From: a virus
Taxonomy: Duplodnaviria > Caudoviricetes
Length of the DNA stretch: 64,000 bases
Direction: 5' to 3' (one strand)
Virus record (IMG/VR): IMGVR_UViG_3300025267_002170
Both the position numbers and the translations under genes were made by a program. Within the stretch, counting starts at the first letter, position 1. Each line of letters starts with the position of its first letter. Positions 1 to 8,908 of the stretch are shown piece by piece. The notes beneath the pieces are model-generated. The model made no database searches. It was not told the DNA's origin and worked only from the letters and a program-made list of their open reading frames with translations.

Positions 1-2
1 AC

Positions 3-230
3 TTTGTCAAGCTTGGAAAACACTATCTTCCTTTTTGCAGGCTCGCACCACAAAATATCAAAGATGATGAACCCAACGAGGTTTTTGTGTGTAGCACAGC
101 CGTAACCTATGCTTACCGAATTAATTACTTAGACCCATGTCCCTTTTTGGCAGACGCGGCCACAACGCCAGCCGATTTGGCTCGCTCTCCTTTGTTTAAG
201 TATCAGTTCACCCTCGAAAAAGATTGGTAA
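3..230 (+). CDS. C-terminal fragment (5'-truncated by the window) of a permuted papain-like NlpC/P60 (YiiX/YebB-type) cysteine hydrolase
   Basis: Own translation, open from base 3 to TAA at 228-230: ...NEVFVCSTAVTYAYRINYLDPCPFLADAATTPADLARSPLF... The FxCS..V..AY and TPxDL motifs match the C-terminal catalytic-Cys region of permuted NlpC/P60 proteins. Not in the ORF track. Confidence 0.6.
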   Translation, partial: FVKLGKHYLPFCRLAPQNIKDDEPNEVFVCSTAVTYAYRINYLDPCPFLADAATTPADLARSPLFKYQFTLEKDW

Positions 231-236
231 GCTATA

Positions 237-2258
237 ATGAATAAGCTAATATTCTCAATCGTTTTTGGATTGGGTGTGTTGCTTTCTAGCATCGCAGAAG
301 CAAAACCCCTAACGATGGACCAAGCCCTAGAGGCTGTTTGTAGAGTCAGTACAAGTGGAGCTAGAGGAAGCGGTACAGTATTTGCAGAAGACGAAGATAA
401 GTATTTTATTCTAACTAATGGACACGTTATAGACCGCGCCAGAAGAGGGCATGTAGAATTTTTTCAGAGTGGCTACAAGTCTGCCATGCTACCGTTTAAG
501 ACTGAATATGTCGAATATAAAGATGGCACTGCTCTTGACCTAGCCGTAATTTCTGTAAAAAAGAAATACTTTGGTAGATATCCACCAAGAATTATCCCTC
601 TTGCCCCAAAGGGTACAGAAATCAAGCCAAACGATTATATTATGGCTGGCGGTTGTCCAAGCGGACAGTGGGCCATGGCTTGGTACGGTAGAGTTATAAG
701 AAATACCGGTGCTGTCGTAAGCTTTAACGCTGCTCCAATAGGTGGTCAATCTGGTAGTGGCGTTCTCGTCCTAATCAAAGATGAAAAGGATGAACTTCAA
801 ACTCGCATAGGTGTTTTACTTGCTTGGCGAGTCGGAGATGGCGCTTGGACAGACGATGGACCAGATGACTACGGCGCTGGTCTATCTCTTAAACAAATCT
901 ATGAAATTATTGAAGGTAACGGTCATGGACATCCAATCGAAACTTCTTACAGAGTTGTCCGCGATGGCCACGACCACCCAAAAGAAAAAACTTCTAAGCC
1001 CCAACCGGAACGAATGAAAAAGGTTTGCCCTCAATGCAAGCAAGGGATGGGTGAACATATCATAATTCCAGAAAAGGGTGGCCTAAGAAGAACCAAAAAC
1101 GGCGAATTCATGTACTGCCCCATTGTAACTCTTGAAGATGGCAGCATGCGCAAGAGTCTAGATTTCTTTAAGGGCATAAAGATTAAAGAGCTATATAACG
1201 GAGAAGGTCTTTTCCCTTGGTGTCCATTCAACAACCCGTGCCCACCACCAAACCCAAACCCACAGCCACCCGGAGGTGGTCCCCCAGATGGTGGAGGCGG
1301 GTTCAATGGTTGGCCGGGAAGACCAGACCCCGGTGGTCCTGTAGAACCGGGTCCAGACTTCGACAAAGAACGTCAAGAATATCTTGATATGATTGTAGAG
1401 CTTAAAGAGAAGCTAACAAATTTAGAAGCCCTGCATGAAAGTCTAAAGGCTGAATTGTCTGGGGTATCTGGGAACCTATCAAGTTCTCAAAACGAAATCA
1501 ATGGACTGAAAGACCTTCTCGGAAGAGTTGAAGGCGAAAAGGGTTCGCTTTCTTCTAGGATAGAAAACCTGCTTGTTTTAATTGGCAAAAAGGATAAGTT
1601 AATCGAAGGCTCAGAACATTACCTTGATGATATGACTGGCGGAAACGGTAACACTGTAGAAAACGTTAGTCTAACCCTAGGTGGCATGAGCCTTGGGGCG
1701 TTGGCTCTAAAATATGGAGTGCCTTTGGTACTAGGAAGAATTGGAAGAAGGCGTCGAAGGAAAGATGAAGAAGAAGAAGAAGAAGAAAATGAAGAAAATT
1801 GTGACAATGAGACAGAGGGATTGGGGTATAATAGTGATGATGGCTGTGATTGTGAATCTAAGAAACATGAGCATATTCATGAACATTTTCACAAATATGA
1901 ACATCCCAATGGCGGGTTTGTCATGACGCCAGATGAGCTTCCAAACCCTCAAACTACTTACGAGATAGATGAAAACTTGAAGAATCAAGTAGAGGGGAGC
2001 AGCGGACTCAATCCGGGCTTTGTTCCCTACGGTCTTCCAGTTTCTTCGCCATACTATCAACAACCAGTAGCTGCTCATGGCCTCCCGCCTCAGTTTATTA
2101 ACATTCCTTTCGCTACAAGAAAGAAAGTTACCGCTGAGCAAATCATGACTATAATTGGAGAACTAGTCAACGAATATACTGATGACCAAACCATGACTGT
2201 TAATCAAATTAACACGCTACTTAGACAAAGATTGAAAGAAAAATTTAACGTCGACTAA
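237..2258 (+). CDS. Membrane-anchored trypsin-like (S1) serine protease, multidomain
   Basis: Signal peptide, triad motifs LTNGHV / DLAVI / GGQSGSG, then a Pro/Gly-rich linker, a coiled coil, a hydrophobic segment followed by RRRRRK, and an acidic and Cys/His-rich tail. Confidence 0.75.
   Translation: MNKLIFSIVFGLGVLLSSIAEAKPLTMDQALEAVCRVSTSGARGSGTVFAEDEDKYFILTNGHVIDRARRGHVEFFQSGYKSAMLPFKTEYVEYKDGTALDLAVISVKKKYFGRYPPRIIPLAPKGTEIKPNDYIMAGGCPSGQWAMAWYGRVIRNTGAVVSFNAAPIGGQSGSGVLVLIKDEKDELQTRIGVLLAWRVGDGAWTDDGPDDYGAGLSLKQIYEIIEGNGHGHPIETSYRVVRDGHDHPKEKTSKPQPERMKKVCPQCKQGMGEHIIIPEKGGLRRTKNGEFMYCPIVTLEDGSMRKSLDFFKGIKIKELYNGEGLFPWCPFNNPCPPPNPNPQPPGGGPPDGGGGFNGWPGRPDPGGPVEPGPDFDKERQEYLDMIVELKEKLTNLEALHESLKAELSGVSGNLSSSQNEINGLKDLLGRVEGEKGSLSSRIENLLVLIGKKDKLIEGSEHYLDDMTGGNGNTVENVSLTLGGMSLGALALKYGVPLVLGRIGRRRRRKDEEEEEEENEENCDNETEGLGYNSDDGCDCESKKHEHIHEHFHKYEHPNGGFVMTPDELPNPQTTYEIDENLKNQVEGSSGLNPGFVPYGLPVSSPYYQQPVAAHGLPPQFINIPFATRKKVTAEQIMTIIGELVNEYTDDQTMTVNQINTLLRQRLKEKFNVD
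1767..1787 (+). repeat. (GAA)7 coding microsatellite (poly-Glu)
   Basis: gaagaagaagaagaagaagaa encodes EEEEEEE in the protease tail. Confidence 0.8.
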
Positions 2259-2280
2259 TCCCATAAGGAGGGTATTAAAC

Positions 2281-3069
2281 ATGTCCGATAATTTAGTAAT
2301 TCCAGTTCACGACGCCATTCTTCCCTATATGTTTCAGGGCGTGAAGTGGGCGATTCCCAATGTTGGCGACAACAAGGAAACCCACAACCTAGCTATGGCC
2401 AGACTTTTTGAAAAAGTTGGTGAGCATGTTCAGGCTTTCAGTGTTCGCACTGATTGCTTCGTTCCCGGTCCCCCGACGCTAGGCGCTGTAAAGCATCATC
2501 ACAATATGTTTGTTCGTTTGTGCAACCTAATTGATACAAACACCAAACGTGATAACATGGAGAGACTTGAAGCTCATCACATTACGCACGAGCGTAGAGC
2601 TTTCAAGATTTATCCCGTTCGATACTTTGATGTGAAGAACGACTACTGTCGTAGGTGGATTGAGCTTTGCCTACAGGCTATGAGCAACATTTCCCAGTTG
2701 ACTGAAAACACTTGGGCAAATGACTGGTCAGAAGCCACTGGCAAGGAAATGAAAAAGCTTTTCCGAGAAGGCTATCGCCTAATGTGCGTAGAGCTATTCA
2801 ACGTGCCAGTTATTGAAGCCGAAAAAGTTTTTGATGAAAGCACCCCATTCTTCTTGACAAAGAACCATTTTGAAACTTATGATGTTGGACATATTCCAAC
2901 AATCGAATGGATTAAGCATCCTGCTCTAGGTGGCGAATTTACTGAAGACGAACTTCGCCCAATCTCAACGACTAACGTTCCGGTTGCTCCCGGCGTTGCT
3001 GAGAATGATGGCAATACTCCACAGAGAGAGTTGGAAAGACGTATGCAGGGTGGTGAGGTTGTTGAATAA
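2281..3069 (+). CDS. Hypothetical protein
   Basis: 262-aa ORF with a strong SD (TAAGGAGG) upstream; no motif recognised. Confidence 0.7.
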   Translation: MSDNLVIPVHDAILPYMFQGVKWAIPNVGDNKETHNLAMARLFEKVGEHVQAFSVRTDCFVPGPPTLGAVKHHHNMFVRLCNLIDTNTKRDNMERLEAHHITHERRAFKIYPVRYFDVKNDYCRRWIELCLQAMSNISQLTENTWANDWSEATGKEMKKLFREGYRLMCVELFNVPVIEAEKVFDESTPFFLTKNHFETYDVGHIPTIEWIKHPALGGEFTEDELRPISTTNVPVAPGVAENDGNTPQRELERRMQGGEVVE

Positions 3070-3115
3070 GTAACTTCAACCCGTTATTAATTAAAGACAC
3101 AGAGGAAGGATTCCG

Positions 3116-4096
3116 ATGAAGAAGATTTTTTGGACAGGATTGCTATCTGTTTTTATCTTTGCCACGAGCGTCTTCGCTCAGGACAATCGACTGTATCAAC
3201 ATCTACAGGATGTTTCAGTTACGGTTAAGTCTGGGTTCGGTGAAGGCTCTGGCGTTATTATTACGCGAGATGTTGAAGTGGTCCCCAATGTTAAGCAGAA
3301 GGTCAACTTTGTATGGACCGCTGCGCACGTAGTAGACGGACTAAGGTCTGTCAGGGTAGAAATCAAGAATGGCAAACCTCAGACAGTTGTTGAGTTTAAA
3401 GATGCTCAGATTGTCAAGGAGTTAGTTGAAGACGGTCGCCGTGTTGGCGAAATCAAGATGGAAGCCAAGGTCATTAAGTACTCGGATGCTGAAAACGGAG
3501 AAGACTTGGCTCTCTTGATGGTTAGAAAGAAAGGCTTTATCGATAAGACTGTTACTTTCTATAAGAATGAAGGCAAGCCAGTGGCTATTGGTACTGAGCT
3601 ATATCATGTCGGCTCTTTACTAGGCCAAGTAGGCAGTAACTCGATGACGCGAGGAATTTGTTCTCAAGTTGGTAGAGTTCTTGATTTGGGCAATGGTGAC
3701 GGAGTTGTGTTTGACCAAACAACAGTTACCGCATTTCCGGGTTCTAGTGGCGGTGGAGTATTTCTAAGCGAAAGGTCTGGAGAAAAGGCTGGCCAGTATG
3801 TGGGGATGCTTGTTAGAGGAGCCGGTGAAACTTTCAACCTAATTGTACCGGTTAGAAGAATGAGAAAGTACGCCGAGGAAGAAGGGGTTCTGTGGGCTAT
3901 TGACACAGATGCAAAGGTTCCCTCCCTGAAAGGAGTCCTCTCTCTAAGCCCAGAAGGAAGCTCATCAGTTTCCAATTCAAAAAACGAGAAGAACAACGCT
4001 CCCACAAAAGATGGTTTGAGATTCCCAGTTCTTCCAGTAACCAGAGATTCAAGTAACAATACTAGACTTCCAGACACAAAGAAGCCACTACGATGA
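3116..4096 (+). CDS. Secreted trypsin-like (S1) serine protease
   Basis: Signal peptide (MKKIFWTGLLSVFIFATSVFA); WTAAHVV, DLALL and PGSSGGG triad motifs. Confidence 0.85.
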   Translation: MKKIFWTGLLSVFIFATSVFAQDNRLYQHLQDVSVTVKSGFGEGSGVIITRDVEVVPNVKQKVNFVWTAAHVVDGLRSVRVEIKNGKPQTVVEFKDAQIVKELVEDGRRVGEIKMEAKVIKYSDAENGEDLALLMVRKKGFIDKTVTFYKNEGKPVAIGTELYHVGSLLGQVGSNSMTRGICSQVGRVLDLGNGDGVVFDQTTVTAFPGSSGGGVFLSERSGEKAGQYVGMLVRGAGETFNLIVPVRRMRKYAEEEGVLWAIDTDAKVPSLKGVLSLSPEGSSSVSNSKNEKNNAPTKDGLRFPVLPVTRDSSNNTRLPDTKKPLR

Positions 4097-4419
4097 AAAC
4101 CACAACCAATCTCTTGCTGCTTTTTCTTTCTTGCACAGCGGCCAATATTGGGCTGTCTTTATATTATTTTGAATCAAAAAATAAAGAAGAAAACCCACCC
4201 CAAAAATCGGTCTCTGTTGCTGGACATGAAGCCGCAGCAATAACCTCTGCTTTAGCAAATGTACATAATCAAGCTATCTATAGAGATAGCGTTACGGTGC
4301 AAGAGGTTCTTAAACTTCAGCACCATCTCAATATGCACGGGAAAAGAGTTCCGATGTGCCCCGATTGCAGAGTGGGGAATAGAACTACAGAATATAAATA
4401 TACCATGGATGATTTTTAA
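4093..4419 (+). CDS. Small membrane-anchored hypothetical protein
   Basis: N-terminal hydrophobic helix; C-terminal HHxxxH...CPDC; ATGA overlap with the upstream stop. Confidence 0.55.
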   Translation: MKTTTNLLLLFLSCTAANIGLSLYYFESKNKEENPPQKSVSVAGHEAAAITSALANVHNQAIYRDSVTVQEVLKLQHHLNMHGKRVPMCPDCRVGNRTTEYKYTMDDF

Positions 4420-4459
4420 ATGAAACGGATTTTGTATTACCTTTTACTGAGGAGAAACA

Positions 4460-4633
4460 ATGTCTGAGAAGTTCGCACTACTACTAAAGTCTAGAAGATT
4501 CTGGGTCGCTGTTGGTGGCATTGTTGTCACTACCACAAACATCTTCGGCCTAGACCTTAATCCAGAGCAAGTTAATAACATCGTTCTTATTGGCGGTGCT
4601 TGGATTGTTGGTGACAGTCTAAGAAGCTCTTAA
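4460..4633 (+). CDS. Putative holin-like small membrane protein (57 aa)
   Basis: Own translation: MSEKFALLLKSRRFWVAVGGIVVTTTNIFGLDLNPEQVNNIVLIGGAWIVGDSLRSS. GAGGAG SD, two hydrophobic segments, and an LKSR(R/K)FW start as seen in small phage holin-like proteins. Below the ORF-track size cutoff. Confidence 0.6.
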   Translation: MSEKFALLLKSRRFWVAVGGIVVTTTNIFGLDLNPEQVNNIVLIGGAWIVGDSLRSS

Positions 4634-4642
4634 AGGAAAAAA

Positions 4643-4984
4643 ATGTCTTTAGGAAATTGGGGAGAACCCCTAACAAGGATAGTTAATTATCTAGTCCCAC
4701 CGGAAAGCCGAAAAAAGACACTGTCTTGCGCAGAGCTATTTAAAAGCCTGCACGATGAGTCAGGGGTCACCGTTTCAAACCTTGACAACATCGCAGAGGT
4801 GTGCAAAGATGGGGGAGATTCCCATTTTGCGGCGGCTGCAAAGTGTCTTGGCTTTCGGGGGGACTATGATATAGTCTCCGAAGCATCACAGCTTAAACAG
4901 GAATACGACCTCTGTCTTATTCCTAAAAACCTTAAGCCAAAACAGAAAGGCAGTATTGTAGCTAAGCACATACTAAAGAAGTAA
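4643..4984 (+). CDS. Hypothetical protein
   Basis: 113-aa ORF with an AAGGA SD; fits the operon packing. Confidence 0.6.
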   Translation: MSLGNWGEPLTRIVNYLVPPESRKKTLSCAELFKSLHDESGVTVSNLDNIAEVCKDGGDSHFAAAAKCLGFRGDYDIVSEASQLKQEYDLCLIPKNLKPKQKGSIVAKHILKK

Positions 4985-4985
4985 A

Positions 4986-5096
4986 ATGGGAAAAACAGTA
5001 CGAAAGAAGAGCAAGCGCGATAAAAAGCGATTAAAAAGAGAAAACCGCAGCCGAAAGAATAAGCGAAGCAATGACAGAGAGACCGTCATGGAATGA
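4986..5096 (+). CDS. Putative small basic peptide (36 aa)
   Basis: Own translation: MGKTVRKKSKRDKKRLKRENRSRKNKRSNDRETVME. Starts 1 nt after the previous stop and fills the gap to the dCMP deaminase. Confidence 0.45.
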   Translation: MGKTVRKKSKRDKKRLKRENRSRKNKRSNDRETVME

Positions 5097-5535
5097 ATAC
5101 TTCATGGGCATGGCTCGCTACGCCTCCGTAAGAAGTCATGACTCTCAAACTAAAGTTGGTTGCGTTATAGTCGGTAGTCCTAACGTGGTTGTTGGAGTCG
5201 GGTACAACGGCTTCTGTTCTAATGTTAAAGAAGAAGGACTTCCCACAACCAGACCTGACAAATATCCATTTATTGTACACGCAGAAGCTAATGCTATAAG
5301 TAATCTAGTTGTGAAACAGATTGATTACTACAAGGCTTACATTACACATCTACCCTGTGCTAATTGTGCAAAGCTGTTGTGGCAAAGCGGTGTTCAAGAA
5401 TGGTATGTTCCGAAAGGGTCTAAGGCTCATGGAGAAACAGAGGAAGACAAAATTGTCTATGAACATCTTACAGATAACGGATTAGAAATTACATATTTAG
5501 ATATGTCAGGTCGCTGGAACGGTCTGTTCTTTTAA
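5071..5535 (+). CDS. dCMP deaminase
   Basis: RPSWNEYFM, VGYNG, HAEANAI and PCANCAK zinc-deaminase motifs. Confidence 0.92.
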   Translation: MTERPSWNEYFMGMARYASVRSHDSQTKVGCVIVGSPNVVVGVGYNGFCSNVKEEGLPTTRPDKYPFIVHAEANAISNLVVKQIDYYKAYITHLPCANCAKLLWQSGVQEWYVPKGSKAHGETEEDKIVYEHLTDNGLEITYLDMSGRWNGLFF

Positions 5536-5540
5536 GAGTA

Positions 5541-5984
5541 ATGGCAACTAGAATATTCCATAATGGACCACCCAAGCATTTAAGAAAAATGAAACAACCT
5601 CCAAATGGCTGGACCACAGAAGTAGAAATAAAAAGAGTGTATGACGGAGACACTCTTATAGTAGACGTACATAGAACCCTGACAGTTAGACTGAAAGATT
5701 GCTGGTGTTCAGAAATTAGAACTAGAGATAAAGAGGAAAAGAAAAAAGGAATCGCGGCTAGAAATCATTTAAGAGAAATTTTGTTAGAAGAGAAAAACGA
5801 AGACACCGGAAAACTGGAATACATAAAAGCTGTCCTCCACATACCTGCTAGTGAAGATTCCGAGCTTAAGGATGTGTTTACTTTCGGAAGGGTTTTGGGA
5901 CATATCTTCATAGATGGTAAAGACGTATCAGAAATCATGATAGAGTCTGGACATGCTACAAAAGAAAAAGACAGGAAAAACTGA
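5541..5984 (+). CDS. Thermonuclease (SNase-like)
   Basis: RVYDGDT, VRL...E, FGRVLG and MIESGHA motifs. Confidence 0.85.
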   Translation: MATRIFHNGPPKHLRKMKQPPNGWTTEVEIKRVYDGDTLIVDVHRTLTVRLKDCWCSEIRTRDKEEKKKGIAARNHLREILLEEKNEDTGKLEYIKAVLHIPASEDSELKDVFTFGRVLGHIFIDGKDVSEIMIESGHATKEKDRKN

Positions 5985-8167
5985 TGTCAGTAGCGGAGCT
6001 ACAGAACTATACTTTTGTTGGTAAATACGCCAGATGGATTCCCGAAAAGAAAAGAAGAGAAACGTGGAAGGAAAGTGTAGAACGTGTTGAAGGGATGATG
6101 CTTGAGTCCTACCCCTCTGTCCCAGAGGAAATTGAATGGGCTTATGACATGATGAATAGAAAGCGCGTTCTGGGTTCTCAACGTGCCCTCCAGTTTGGAG
6201 GCTCCCCCGTGCTAAAACACAACGCGAGAATTTACAATTGTATAGCCTCCTATGTAGATAGGCCGAGGTTTTTTCAGGAATGCATGTATCTTCTTTTGTG
6301 TGGTTGCGGTACTGGATTCTCCGTCCAAAGACATCATGTAGAAAAGTTACCCAAACTAGTTCAGAAGAAGGATGGTACTAAAAAATTTACCATTCCAGAC
6401 ACAATAGAAGGGTGGTCTGACGCCGTTGGCGTTTTAGTCAACAGCTATTTCCAGCAGGATGATTTTTTTCTAGACTACGTGGGCAAAACAGTATCATTTG
6501 ACTACTCTGAAATCAGGCCCGCTGGTTCATATCTAAGCTCAAGCTCTGGCAAGGCGCCCGGTCCTGAACCATTGAAAAAAGCTCTGACAAATATTAAGAA
6601 AGTTTTAGATAAAGTATTGAAGGATGCGCTATTTTCAACTAGAAAACTGAGACCTATAGATGTTTATGACGTGGTCATGCATGCTGCCGATGCTGTTATT
6701 TCTGGCGGTGTACGTAGGAGTGCTACGATTTGTCTTTTTTCACCAGACGACAAAGAGATGGCACTGGCAAAAACTGGCAATTGGTTTCATGATAATCCTC
6801 AACGTGGTCGTTCTAATAACTCTGCTCTTTTACTGCGTGGTGAGACCAGTCCTGAACAATTTACATCATTGATGGAGTCGGTTAAGGAGTTCGGAGAACC
6901 GGGATTTGTATGGGCAGATTCCACTGAGCTTATTGTAAACCCATGTGTTGAGATTGGACTCTATCCTGTAGACGAAGAGACGGGAGAGACAGGCTGGCAA
7001 GCGTGCAATCTTAGTACCATCAACTGTGCCAGAATAAAGACCAAGAAGGATTTCTTTGAATCTTGCAAGGCGGCGTCCATCATTGGAACCCTACAAGCTG
7101 GATTCTCAAAGATGTCCTACTTGGGAGAAGTTACCGAGAGAATCCTGAGAAGAGAGGCTCTTCTCGGTGTTTCTATGACAGGAATCATGGAGCGTCACGA
7201 TATCTGTTTGGACCCCGAGATTCAAAAGCAAGGCGCTAGGGTTGTTAGGAAAACGAATAGAGAGCTTGCTAAGAAAATCGGGATTAATGCAGCAGCTAGA
7301 ACTACTTGTGTCAAGCCTGAAGGGACTGCTAGCTGTATTCTTGGTACTAGTTCTGGTATCCATCCTCATCATGCCAAGCGTTATATTAGACGTGTACAGG
7401 CTAATAAGATGGAGGATATATATCAACACTTTAAGAAAACAAATCCGAGAGCATGCGAAGAGTCGGTCTGGTCTGCAAACGACAGCGACGACGTAATCTG
7501 CTTTTGCATAGAGGTTCCTTCCGGTTCTAAATTGAAGAATCAGATTGGTGCTATCGGTCTCTTGGAATATGTAAAAAGCACACAGCAGAACTGGGTCATG
7601 ACCGGAAGAAATGACTCTCTTTGTGTTAAGCCGTTTCTGCAACACAACGTGTCTAACACAATCAATGTAAAGCCAGAAGAATGGGAAGACGTAGAGAAAT
7701 TTATCTACAAAAACAGAAAGTATTTTTGTGGCGTCTCTCTGCTTCCATTGAGTGGAGATAAGGACTATCCGCAAGCACCGTTCACGACGGTGTATCTTCC
7801 CAGCGAAATGGTATCGCACTACGGCGACGGCGCGATGTTTGTTAGCGGGTTAATTGAAGTTGCACTTAACCTCTGGGAAGATAACCTATGGTCAGCTTGT
7901 GACGGACTGTTAGGAGTAGGAACTAGAATTAAAGGCAACGGAAAAAGTGAATGGGTTGAGCGCTGCAAAAAGTTTGCCAAAAAGTATATGGATGGAGACA
8001 TCAAAAGACTTACATATTGCATGAAAGATGTCTACAATTGGAAAGAGTGGGTAGACATGAAGAGAGAGTATACCGCAGTAGAGTATACTAATTGCATAGA
8101 GGAACATGACAACACTACGCCAGAGCAAGAGATTGCCTGTGCTGGTGGAGCCTGTGAAATTATCTAG
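5984..8167 (+). CDS. nrdJ: Class II (adenosylcobalamin-dependent) ribonucleotide reductase
   Basis: KYARW...RRETW, NCIA, GGVRRSA, NPCVEI, CNL, TCVKPEGT and C-terminal CAGGACE; no NrdB gene in the window. Confidence 0.88.
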   Translation: MSVAELQNYTFVGKYARWIPEKKRRETWKESVERVEGMMLESYPSVPEEIEWAYDMMNRKRVLGSQRALQFGGSPVLKHNARIYNCIASYVDRPRFFQECMYLLLCGCGTGFSVQRHHVEKLPKLVQKKDGTKKFTIPDTIEGWSDAVGVLVNSYFQQDDFFLDYVGKTVSFDYSEIRPAGSYLSSSSGKAPGPEPLKKALTNIKKVLDKVLKDALFSTRKLRPIDVYDVVMHAADAVISGGVRRSATICLFSPDDKEMALAKTGNWFHDNPQRGRSNNSALLLRGETSPEQFTSLMESVKEFGEPGFVWADSTELIVNPCVEIGLYPVDEETGETGWQACNLSTINCARIKTKKDFFESCKAASIIGTLQAGFSKMSYLGEVTERILRREALLGVSMTGIMERHDICLDPEIQKQGARVVRKTNRELAKKIGINAAARTTCVKPEGTASCILGTSSGIHPHHAKRYIRRVQANKMEDIYQHFKKTNPRACEESVWSANDSDDVICFCIEVPSGSKLKNQIGAIGLLEYVKSTQQNWVMTGRNDSLCVKPFLQHNVSNTINVKPEEWEDVEKFIYKNRKYFCGVSLLPLSGDKDYPQAPFTTVYLPSEMVSHYGDGAMFVSGLIEVALNLWEDNLWSACDGLLGVGTRIKGNGKSEWVERCKKFAKKYMDGDIKRLTYCMKDVYNWKEWVDMKREYTAVEYTNCIEEHDNTTPEQEIACAGGACEII

Positions 8168-8175
8168 GAAGCCCA

Positions 8176-8481
8176 ATGTCAAGCACCAAAAATATAAAAA
8201 CGCCACCCTTCATGCAGAGAACACCAGAGGGTGACAAAGTCCTACAGGCCACCGTATTGCGTCTTAATGAGGCTATAGACGTTGGGAAAGGATTCATGGT
8301 CCACATATCATATGCACATGAGGGGAAAGTTTTCCATTTTAATGGACGATACAACTTCCCCTCTCCCGATATGCCCATGTGTGCTTCAAGTTTTGGACAG
8401 TTTGTTACAGAGGAGAAGGAAAAAGACAACGAGGAGATGTCTAATGACAAATCAGCCACTAAGGGCAAGAAGGCTGACTGA
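8176..8481 (+). CDS. Hypothetical protein
   Basis: 101-aa ORF between nrdJ and dut, with an AGGA SD. Confidence 0.55.
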   Translation: MSSTKNIKTPPFMQRTPEGDKVLQATVLRLNEAIDVGKGFMVHISYAHEGKVFHFNGRYNFPSPDMPMCASSFGQFVTEEKEKDNEEMSNDKSATKGKKAD

Positions 8482-8899
8482 GACAGCCAAACTACCCACA
8501 AAAGCTCATGACACAGACGCCGGAATAGACTTGTATTCTGACGAGGACTTGGAGATTAGGTCGGGAAGGACCGTATTAGTCTCTACGGGAATCTCTATGG
8601 CAATTCCTGATGGTTATGCTGGATTAATATGGGACCGTTCTTCTATGGGTGTAAAGGGGCTGCACCGATTCGCTGGAGTGGTTGACAGTGGATATAGGGG
8701 AGAAGTAAAGGTCTGTATTTCTAATATGGGCTACGGAACAACAGAGTGGCCATTTGGTAGTAAGTCTTATTTTATTAGTCGCGGTGACAAAATAGCTCAA
8801 ATTTTAATACAAGAAGTACCAAACTTTCGGATAGAGGAAGTTAACGATTTGGATAGCACTGACAGAGGAGAAGGGGGTTTCGGTAGTTCTGGCAAATAA
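8444..8899 (+). CDS. dut: Trimeric dUTPase
   Basis: AGIDL, DRSS, GVVDSGYRGE, IAQ and RGEGGFGSSG motifs; start moved to ATG 8444 after a GAGGAG SD. Confidence 0.95.
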   Translation: MTNQPLRARRLTETAKLPTKAHDTDAGIDLYSDEDLEIRSGRTVLVSTGISMAIPDGYAGLIWDRSSMGVKGLHRFAGVVDSGYRGEVKVCISNMGYGTTEWPFGSKSYFISRGDKIAQILIQEVPNFRIEEVNDLDSTDRGEGGFGSSGK

Positions 8900-8908
8900 A
8901 GAGGTAAA

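Noticed and set aside
1767-1787. (GAA)7 as a phase-variation switch
   Set aside because: A triplet unit keeps the frame, so it would only change poly-Glu length.
4420-4467. 15-codon mini-ORF (MKRILYYLLLRRNNV) overlapping the holin-like start, as a possible antiholin
   Set aside because: Out of frame with the holin-like gene, very short and without a clear SD.
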